From: Nitrosopumilus maritimus SCM1 | GTDB lineage: Archaea; Thermoproteota; Nitrososphaeria; Nitrososphaerales; Nitrosopumilaceae | NCBI RefSeq assembly: GCF_000018465.1 | Contig: NC_010085.1 | Location: forward strand, 1,380,001 to 1,412,000 | Direction: 5' to 3' | Length of the DNA stretch: 32,000 bases | Shown here: positions 1-6,803 of the stretch, piece by piece | Layout of the letters: each line of letters begins with the position of its first letter | Position numbering within the stretch: position 1 is the stretch's first letter | The notes under the pieces: generated by a model | What the model was told of the DNA's origin: nothing | The model's input: only the letters and a program-made list of their open reading frames with translations | Database searches by the model: none | Made by a program: the position numbers and the translations under genes

Positions 1-293
1 CTACACCACTAGCTGAAGTGTATGACAAGATGTTTCCAATCTTACAATCAAAGAGACCAGACATCCTCTTGACATTGACTGATGGTGAGCCATCAGACCC
101 TGATGCAGTCAGAAACATGACAAAATCACTCAAAAGTCTAGGCATAAGTATGGTCGCCTTAGGCCTGGGACCAAATACTGTAAGGGCAACAACTATTGCA
201 AACAATCTAAGACATTTGGGGTATGAAAAAACAATGGCAGTAAGCCGTCTAAGAGATATTCCAAACAAGGTAATCAAGATTTTAGATATCTAG
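1..293 (+). CDS. von Willebrand factor A (vWA) domain protein, C-terminal fragment (5' end outside window)
   Basis: The frame stays open upstream of the track's GTG at 18, back to position 3. 'DILLTLTDGEPSD' resembles the conserved TDG segment of vWA domains. Confidence 0.55.
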   Translation, partial: TPLAEVYDKMFPILQSKRPDILLTLTDGEPSDPDAVRNMTKSLKSLGISMVALGLGPNTVRATTIANNLRHLGYEKTMAVSRLRDIPNKVIKILDI

Positions 294-358
294 TCCAAAA
301 TAGGCTGAACTAATTTTCTATAGATATTTTATTGAGAAAAAATTAGCCAAATCAGAAA

Positions 359-1903
359 TTGTCAGAAAATCAAAATTACGATCCTGCATTGCTTGAAAAG
401 TTTGAGCAAGAGATATGGAACAAGATTCCACATGTAGAAGGAGACAAGATAGTTAACGCAACACCACTAGTTGACTTGACTGCAGATTTGAAAGAATGTG
501 CAAAGAGTGTCTTTAAACTAAACCTTGATGACAAGGATTTCAAAATTTACGGAAAGTTTGATTCAGAATTACTTAGCGGCTCCATCAAAGTAAGAGCAGC
601 ATCACACATCATTCACGAGGCAATCAAAGAAGGAAAATGTAATGGAAAGAGAGTAGTAATTGAAGCCACATCAGGGAACTTTGGAATTGCATTAGGATTA
701 TTATCAAAACTTGGTGTAACTGTAGTTGCACTTGTTTCAAGAAAATTACAAGAGGGCGTCTTCAAAGAATTAAGAAACGAGAATATCAAAATTATGGATT
801 TGGATATGGATATTTGTCCAGCTCCTGGAATGGAGAACAAAGCAGACGAGATGGCTGCTAAAGCAACTGCAGGAAATATTCGCTCACAGTTAACTGAGAT
901 GGGATTTGATCCTCAAATCTTTGACAACAACCTTACAGAGATTGAAGCACTGTTAGCAAAACAAGACATCATTAATTTGGCAAGATACCTTGCAGACATT
1001 TACGATTTGTTTTGCCCAAAGCAATACGACAATGAACTAAACATTGACATTCACAATACAGTAACTGCACCTGAAATTGATCAGCAATTACACGAACTTG
1101 GTGATTCCCTAGAAGATTATGCATTGTATTGTTCATTTGGAACAGGCGGCACATCAGGTGGTTTGAGCAAATACATGACTGAAAAATACAACAAAAAGGC
1201 AGTTCATGTAGTATTTCCCCCACTAGGTCAAGATGTTGCAGGAATCAGAACAAAATCAAAGGCTGAAGGACTCACACTATACAATCCTGAATCATACACA
1301 GAACACGAGATTGACTTTGAGAATGCAAAATTGATTCTCAAGTATATGGTAGATAAGGGACATGACATTGGTGAGAGCAGTGCATTGGAATTGTTTGCAG
1401 CACTAGAGATGGCATACAAGGGTGAAATCAAAAAGGCAGTAGTAATGATTGCAGATGGAATTGACAAATACAGGAAGAATTTTGAGATGATTGGAAAGGG
1501 CAGTGATGTTCCAATGAGAGTGTCACTAGAAGATGCAGCAGCTGTTGCAGGAGATTATGATAATATTATTTGGGTTCACACACAGTACACACCTAAAGAA
1601 GAAGGAATCGAGATTATTGCAAAGTCATTAGGTGTTGATAAATCAAAAATTACTATACCAAAAGCATCTACTATCAACAACCTATTATCAACACAACAAG
1701 TTCCTGAAGAACTTAGCAAAGAACTAGATGGCTCTAAGGGAAAATCATTGTTAGTGTGTATGGCAGGAAACACATCACTTATGACTGCACAAGTTTTAGC
1801 AAGCAAAGGAATAGTTACCCAGAGTTTGAATGGCGGAATAACCAATTTGCCTGAAGGAAGAGGTAAAAATCCTGGTGAATACATTCAGGTAGCTAGAGAA
1901 TAA
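359..1903 (+). CDS. PLP-dependent beta-substituting enzyme (CysK/CysM/threonine-synthase fold) fused to a C-terminal rhodanese domain
   Basis: TTG start. 'SGSIKVRAA' is the candidate PLP-lysine motif. 'EATSGNFGIALG' and 'GTGGTSGG' are fold-type II PLP loops. The C-terminal ~110 aa carry 'LLVCMAGNTSLMTAQVLASKG', a rhodanese active-site Cys loop. Confidence 0.75.
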   Translation: MSENQNYDPALLEKFEQEIWNKIPHVEGDKIVNATPLVDLTADLKECAKSVFKLNLDDKDFKIYGKFDSELLSGSIKVRAASHIIHEAIKEGKCNGKRVVIEATSGNFGIALGLLSKLGVTVVALVSRKLQEGVFKELRNENIKIMDLDMDICPAPGMENKADEMAAKATAGNIRSQLTEMGFDPQIFDNNLTEIEALLAKQDIINLARYLADIYDLFCPKQYDNELNIDIHNTVTAPEIDQQLHELGDSLEDYALYCSFGTGGTSGGLSKYMTEKYNKKAVHVVFPPLGQDVAGIRTKSKAEGLTLYNPESYTEHEIDFENAKLILKYMVDKGHDIGESSALELFAALEMAYKGEIKKAVVMIADGIDKYRKNFEMIGKGSDVPMRVSLEDAAAVAGDYDNIIWVHTQYTPKEEGIEIIAKSLGVDKSKITIPKASTINNLLSTQQVPEELSKELDGSKGKSLLVCMAGNTSLMTAQVLASKGIVTQSLNGGITNLPEGRGKNPGEYIQVARE

Positions 1904-1904
1904 T

Positions 1905-2360
1905 TTGAAATGCCTTTCAGTATCTCAACCATTTGCTGAATTAATCATTTTAGGAAAAAAAACAATAGAGTTACGCAAATGGAATACAAACTATCGTGGA
2001 GAATTACTGATTCATTCACCACTAAAAATTAGAAAAGAAGATGCAAAGCGATTAAAGATTGACAAAAAATTTGTCACAGGTGCAATTGTTGGGAAAGTGG
2101 AAATCTATGATGTAAAAAAATACGATTCACAAAAACAAGTAAAGTCAGATCAAAAATTTCATTTTGCATCAAAAAATTTCCATGATAGAACCTACGGATT
2201 TTTGCTAAAGAACGCAAAAACATTTCGAGTTCCAATTCCATACAAAGGGCAATTAGGATTGTTTGAAGTCAAACTTCCTAAAACAAAAATCAAAAACAAA
2301 GAGATAGTGTCTGACATTATTGATGAAGAATATCGATACCAATGGATCGGACACCATTAA
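1905..2360 (+). CDS. ASCH (PUA-like) domain protein
   Basis: TTG start 1 nt after the previous stop. The N-terminus 'LSVSQPFAELIILGKKTIELRKW' matches the ASCH signature pattern. Confidence 0.6.
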   Translation: MKCLSVSQPFAELIILGKKTIELRKWNTNYRGELLIHSPLKIRKEDAKRLKIDKKFVTGAIVGKVEIYDVKKYDSQKQVKSDQKFHFASKNFHDRTYGFLLKNAKTFRVPIPYKGQLGLFEVKLPKTKIKNKEIVSDIIDEEYRYQWIGHH

Positions 2361-2391
2361 GACTCGGATTTTTTCCAAAAAATTTGACTAG

Positions 2392-2401
2392 TATATATAA
2401 A
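2392..2401 (+). promoter_or_regulatory. TATA box for the TBP gene (leaderless geometry)
   Basis: 'tatatataaa' lies 24-33 nt upstream of the ATG at 2425. Confidence 0.5.
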
Positions 2402-2424
2402 GGGCATATTTAAAGACCCTCGTC

Positions 2425-2988
2425 ATGCCTCAAACAAAGCCTATTGTGAGTGTTGAAAATGTTGTTGCATCTGCATCAGTTGATCAAAAAATTGACTTGA
2501 ATGAGATTACAGAAAAATTTCCAGATACTGAATATCATCCAGAACAATTTCCAGGATTAGTTTTCAGATTAAGTACTCCAAGAACTGCAACATTGATCTT
2601 CAGAACAGGAAAAATGGTTTGTACTGGTGCAAAATCTGAAGAAATGGCAATCAAAGCTGTAAACACTGTAGTTCAAAAATTAAGAAAAGGAAAAATCAAA
2701 ATAAAAAATGATGCAGTTATTACTGTACAAAATATTGTTGCAGCAATTAATCTAGGTGGAAAAATACATCTAGAAAAAGCAGCAAGGACATTACCAAGAA
2801 GCATGTACGAACCTGAGCAATTTCCAGGACTAATTCACAGAATGCTTGATCCAAAAACCGTAATCTTGTTATTTGCATCAGGAAAATTAGTATGTACTGG
2901 AGCTAAAAAAGAATCAGATGTTTATCGCTCTGTTCACAACCTACATTCAGTCTTAGAAGAAAAAAATCTAATGATCTATGACGAATAG
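2425..2988 (+). CDS. tbp: TATA-box binding protein
   Basis: Two internal direct repeats are present, '...PEQFPGLVFRL...TGKMVCTGAKSEE' and '...PEQFPGLIHRM...SGKLVCTGAKKES'. Length is 187 aa. Confidence 0.95.
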   Translation: MPQTKPIVSVENVVASASVDQKIDLNEITEKFPDTEYHPEQFPGLVFRLSTPRTATLIFRTGKMVCTGAKSEEMAIKAVNTVVQKLRKGKIKIKNDAVITVQNIVAAINLGGKIHLEKAARTLPRSMYEPEQFPGLIHRMLDPKTVILLFASGKLVCTGAKKESDVYRSVHNLHSVLEEKNLMIYDE

Positions 2989-3211
2989 ATTGACTGAAAA
3001 TAATTTTGAAGAAGAAAAGAAAAAACTAACTCCAGACAAAGGATTTGATTTGATTGGAATTGATTATTTTTCAGAGCCAGGAAACCAATTGTATCTAGTA
3101 GAACATTTTGAAATGTATCAAGATGTACTAAATGCAAAAAAAGAAAGAAAGAATCCTGAAGAATATTTTATTTTGTACAAAGGTGCTGGCGGAGAATTTT
3201 TCTGCAGATAA
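2978..3211 (+). CDS. hypothetical small protein (77 aa), overlaps the tbp 3' end by 11 nt
   Basis: The ORF starts with ATG inside the tbp stop region. No motif recognised. Confidence 0.4.
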   Translation: MTNRLTENNFEEEKKKLTPDKGFDLIGIDYFSEPGNQLYLVEHFEMYQDVLNAKKERKNPEEYFILYKGAGGEFFCR

Positions 3212-3282
3212 GCCAGAAAAATAGAACAACTTTACTATATTTTACAAACTCTCTTATCATTAGGTTTTAAATTGAAAACTTT

Positions 3283-3864
3283 ATGGCCAATGAAACTAGT
3301 GATTTGATTGATAATCTTTATGAAAAAAATGAGCCTGCACGAAATGATTTCAAGCCTCAAGTGAGTCGCAAAAGCCAAAAGGCAAAGTATCAGATTTTTG
3401 ACGAGTCAGAATTTACTCGTGGCAGAGAAGTATTAGGGGATCTCATTGTACATGGAATGATAGCCTCCGGAGGCACGGATATTGACTGGTTAATTGAACA
3501 TAAAGGAGGATTTGTCATACTGGAATTCAAGGGATTTCATAATGATAAGATAAACATTGCAAAAGGCCAGATGATTGCATATGAAAAATTACATGAAAAA
3601 TTAAACCAGTCAGCAAAATGCTATTTGTATGTTGTAGGGTGTGATGACATTGATTTTTCAAATCCTGATGCAACAGTATGGGTCTTTGAGATGAATCATT
3701 GGAAATCAAATGCAATTCCAAAAAATACCAGCGATATTTACGGAGACGAATCCAATCGACAAAACAAGTACATAGTTTATCGTGAATACATGGAAGAGAT
3801 TAGTGTAGAAAAATTAAGAGACATTATTGACTCACACTGGAAAGAGTTTGAAAGAATTATGTAG
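3283..3864 (+). CDS. hypothetical protein with a PD-(D/E)xK nuclease-like motif
   Basis: 'GGTDIDWLIEHKGGFVILEFKG' has D...(hydrophobic strand)-E-x-K spacing, typical of the restriction-endonuclease-like fold. No other motif recognised. Confidence 0.5.
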   Translation: MANETSDLIDNLYEKNEPARNDFKPQVSRKSQKAKYQIFDESEFTRGREVLGDLIVHGMIASGGTDIDWLIEHKGGFVILEFKGFHNDKINIAKGQMIAYEKLHEKLNQSAKCYLYVVGCDDIDFSNPDATVWVFEMNHWKSNAIPKNTSDIYGDESNRQNKYIVYREYMEEISVEKLRDIIDSHWKEFERIM

Positions 3865-4567
3865 TAAATGAAAATGTGCTAGACTTTGTCTCAGCACCAT
3901 TATCTACTTTGATAGTGTAAGTGCCAGAACTCTCCCATCCAGGGCCACCAGCAATTGCAAGTGTGGAATATCTTCCATCACTTTTTAGAGAGAGTTGTTC
4001 TGTCCAAACAAGTTCACCTTTCTGGTTTTCTATGGATAGATTTACTGAACCAGTGGTATCTGAAATACCATTTATTGATATGATGTCTTTATTGTTGTAT
4101 GATGAAAAGTCAGTTTGAATCATTAGTGATTCTGTTCCTGTAGGAGTATTTACAATAGGAGGAACCGTCTTAGGAGTCACATTAGAAATTCCACCAAGAG
4201 ATACAGCAGCTGCAATAATTACTACCAATGCAACAACACCAATTCCTATCATTAACTTGTTCTTTGAGGAAGAAGAGGAAATTTTTGGTTGTGTTTTATG
4301 GATTGTTTGAGTTTTTTGAATTGATGGTGTTTCAGGTATCACTACATCTGGAACCACGGGTTTTTCAACAGGAATTTCAGTTTTTTCAACATTAGGAGTT
4401 TCTGGTTTTCTTCCAAGATGTTTTTCTGCTAATTTTTTTACATAGTTTCTTTCAAAATTACTAATAACCTCATTATTTTCACAAGCTCGACGAATTTGTT
4501 TTAGGATTCTATCATCACCAAAATCTTTTTCCAAAAGTGCCTTTACATCATCAAGTAAGGAATCCAC
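3857..4567 (-). CDS. single-pass membrane protein with a cytoplasmic helical N-domain, Pro/Thr-rich linker, TM helix and extracellular beta-sandwich-like domain
   Basis: GTG start. The hydrophobic segment is 'LMIGIGVVALVVIIAAAVSLGG'. The C-terminal region is 'GSVNLSIENQKGELVW...DGRYS...GTYTIKVDNG'. Confidence 0.6.
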   Translation of the reverse strand: MDSLLDDVKALLEKDFGDDRILKQIRRACENNEVISNFERNYVKKLAEKHLGRKPETPNVEKTEIPVEKPVVPDVVIPETPSIQKTQTIHKTQPKISSSSSKNKLMIGIGVVALVVIIAAAVSLGGISNVTPKTVPPIVNTPTGTESLMIQTDFSSYNNKDIISINGISDTTGSVNLSIENQKGELVWTEQLSLKSDGRYSTLAIAGGPGWESSGTYTIKVDNGAETKSSTFSFTT

Positions 4568-4649
4568 GAGTACTTTCTCCTATAATGATTATTTATGAAT
4601 TCCTTGTTTAATATTTCGAATAATTTCTACATAATCAAAGAATTTGAGA

Positions 4650-4826
4650 CTATTTTGAGTAGATCTTTTGTGCTTGTATAATGACAGTTCTGATGTAGTC
4701 TTTTGCAGTAGAATCAGAGACTCCCATCTGTTTTGCTCTCTGATATAGGACATTTTCTTGAGGATTACTCAGATAGCATTTTAGAAGATAGTTTAGTCTG
4801 TGAGATCTCTTTTCATCACTTTTCAT
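4650..4826 (-). CDS. possible 58-aa small protein, below the ORF-track length cutoff
   Basis: Hand translation gives MKSDEKRSHRLNYLLKCYLSNPQENVLYQRAKQMGVSDSTAKDYIRTVIIQAQKIYSK. It is the only sizeable ORF in the 372-nt gap 4568-4939. 'GVSDSTAKDYIRTV' looks helix-turn-helix-like. Confidence 0.3.
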   Translation of the reverse strand: MKSDEKRSHRLNYLLKCYLSNPQENVLYQRAKQMGVSDSTAKDYIRTVIIQAQKIYSK

Positions 4827-4939
4827 AATGTCCTATCTCACATATACTAAAAAGCTCAGAGGATTATGAAATAACCAGCAATGTATCATAAAACTCTAAA
4901 AAATACATATGATCTTTTTTAAACAATAGCAAAAAACAA

Positions 4940-5287
4940 ATGCAAATGAAACGAATTGAGGCAACTGTTCAAGTGGACAAGGCCGGTGCAGTTTCTGATG
5001 CAATTAAAGACATTGTTGGAGGATTTACCATCACAGAGGGAAAGGGTAGAGGCTCTGGAAAAAGACAAGAGATCAGATCAGGAAGAGGTACAGGTTCATT
5101 CACAGCAGAATACAACAAAGTTGCAACAGTGATAACAGTGGTAGATGACTCTGAAGTAGAGAAAGTATCTTCAGCAATTGCAGATGCAGCTTTTACAGGA
5201 AAGGGTGGAGATGGAATTATTACAGTCTCTAGTGTAGAAAGTGCTCTAAATATAGCATCTAAAAAGACGGGTTCTGAAGCCCTCTAA
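4940..5287 (+). CDS. PII-like (GlnB-family fold) signal protein
   Basis: 'MKRIEATV...' is followed by a Gly/Arg-rich T-loop-like segment 'GKGRGSGKRQEIRSGRGTGSFTAEY' and then '...KGGDGIITVSSVE'. The true start may be the second ATG at 4946. Confidence 0.65.
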   Translation: MQMKRIEATVQVDKAGAVSDAIKDIVGGFTITEGKGRGSGKRQEIRSGRGTGSFTAEYNKVATVITVVDDSEVEKVSSAIADAAFTGKGGDGIITVSSVESALNIASKKTGSEAL

Positions 5288-5315
5288 TCATTTTATTTTA
5301 TTTTAAAATAAGCTG

Positions 5316-5339
5316 CTGAGAGGAAATTTTTCCTCTCAG
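5316..5339. terminator. perfect inverted repeat between convergent genes, next to T-rich tracts
   Basis: 'ctgagaggaaa tt tttcctctcag' has 11-nt arms. It is preceded by 'ttttattttattttaaaat', directly after the stop at 5287. Confidence 0.45.
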
Positions 5340-5419
5340 GAGGTATCCTTTTGGAGGACATGTTTTTTGAAGGGATGATTCTTATTGCAAACTAAGTATA
5401 AAAGCAAAGGATTTTGAAG

Positions 5420-5659
5420 TCACTGTTGTCCTTCAATACCCATCAGAGTTAGTGTCGATCTAATTTTTGGGATCTTTCTAATCTTCCAAGTAATAGTTTC
5501 ACGTAATGCTTCTACTTGAGAAGATTCCACTTTTGCTAAAATATCATATGCACCAAATGTGCCATGAACTTCAACAACACCTTCAATAGATTTTAGTTCT
5601 GAAATTACAGCTTCTTCAGAACCAAGCTCACAGTTTATGAGAACATAAGCTGTTGCCAA
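5420..5659 (-). CDS. stand-alone Lrp/AsnC-type ligand-binding (RAM) domain protein
   Basis: 79 aa, TTG start immediately after an in-frame TAA. 'YVLINCELGSEEAVISELKSIEGVVEVHGTFGAYDILAKVE' follows the RAM-domain pattern. There is no HTH domain. Confidence 0.7.
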   Translation of the reverse strand: MATAYVLINCELGSEEAVISELKSIEGVVEVHGTFGAYDILAKVESSQVEALRETITWKIRKIPKIRSTLTLMGIEGQQ

Positions 5660-5799
5660 TTATGATTCAACTCCTACTTTCATAACTAAAATGCCATCTT
5701 GAAATATATAAGAATAGTCCGATTTACTTAAAAATTCAATATTATTTTGGATAGAACCATTAACATTTGTAAAGAAAATAACTAAATTTGAAAATAAAT

Positions 5800-6768
5800 T
5801 TAAGATATAGAATATGCTTCACGCATAATTTTTTCTAGGTCTTCAAGATTTTTTGAAAATGTGATTTTAGAACGTAGTTTGGAACCACCCTTCAATCCTT
5901 TTGTAAATCTCATAGCTTGACTTTTGATATTAGAGAATTTGATTTTGTATTGATTTGTAAGATGAAGATAATCAAAGAAAGAATCCAATCTATCTTTGAA
6001 AGAATATTCTTTGTATGAACCAGTTTTAAGATAATCATTAATCTGTTCAAATAAGAAAGGGTTTCCCATGGCACCACGGCCAATCATAACATAATCACAA
6101 CCAGTCTCATCAAGCATCATTTTGGCATCTTCAGGAGTAGTAATATCACCATTTCCAACTACAGGAATATTGGAGATCTCTTTTAATTCCTTGATTAATT
6201 TCCAATCTGCACTTCCAGAATATCCTTGACTGACAGTTCTAGGATGAAAAGTTATCATTTGAATTCCTTGATCTTCTGCAATTTCTGCAATATCTCTAAA
6301 GAGAAATTTACTTGCATCAGTTACACCAGAACGAATCTTTAGAGTTACAGGTTTTTTTACAGCATTCACAAGGGTTTCGAAAATTTGTTGTGTAAGATTT
6401 ACCTCTTGCAAAAGAGCTCCACCGGCCATTTGTTGTGTAATGTGTGGAGCAGGACAACCCATGTTGTAATCAATAATATCAAAATATGGTTCCACAATAG
6501 TTGCAGCTTTTTCTAATGCATAAAGATCAGAACCAAACAATTGAACAGAAATAGGTCTTTCTTGTTCTGAAAATTCAATGAATTCTTGAATTGTTTTCAT
6601 ATTTTCTTTGAGTTGTTCTTCTTTTGCAATAATGCTATGAATACTGGTAAATTCTGTTACTACCAATCCAGCTCCCATTTTTTTGCATTGTAATCTCAAT
6701 GCAGGATCACTAACTCCTGCCATAGGAGCTAAAAATGCCCTACTAGAAAATTTTGGAAGCATAAACAA
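5800..6768 (-). CDS. dus: tRNA-dihydrouridine synthase
   Basis: 'LAPMAGVSDPALRL', 'NMGCPAP' (catalytic Cys region) and 'VTLKIRSG' mark a TIM-barrel flavoenzyme pattern. The start could instead be the ATG at 6762, which fits the 'atatattt' box at ~6783-6790 better. Confidence 0.85.
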   Translation of the reverse strand: MFMLPKFSSRAFLAPMAGVSDPALRLQCKKMGAGLVVTEFTSIHSIIAKEEQLKENMKTIQEFIEFSEQERPISVQLFGSDLYALEKAATIVEPYFDIIDYNMGCPAPHITQQMAGGALLQEVNLTQQIFETLVNAVKKPVTLKIRSGVTDASKFLFRDIAEIAEDQGIQMITFHPRTVSQGYSGSADWKLIKELKEISNIPVVGNGDITTPEDAKMMLDETGCDYVMIGRGAMGNPFLFEQINDYLKTGSYKEYSFKDRLDSFFDYLHLTNQYKIKFSNIKSQAMRFTKGLKGGSKLRSKITFSKNLEDLEKIMREAYSIS

Positions 6769-6803
6769 ACTAAATAATTTGAATATATTTACTATTTCAA
6801 AAA

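Noticed and set aside
613-1884. Four minus-strand ORFs of 75-102 aa lie inside the PLP/rhodanese gene.
   Set aside because: They are antisense to a well-supported 514-aa CDS, have low-complexity Ser/Ile/Phe-rich products and carry no motifs.
3527-4118. Two antisense ORFs, 3527-3721 (-) and 3921-4118 (+).
   Set aside because: Both are embedded antisense in longer ORFs with coherent domain organisation, and neither shows supporting features.
4769-4819. A possible C/D-box sRNA on the minus strand, with 'GTGATGA' at 4813-4819 and 'CTGA' at 4769-4772, about 51 nt in total.
   Set aside because: There is no convincing C'/D' pair and no terminal complementary stem. The motifs lie inside the candidate 58-aa ORF and could occur by chance. 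I keep it only as an alternative reading of the spacer.
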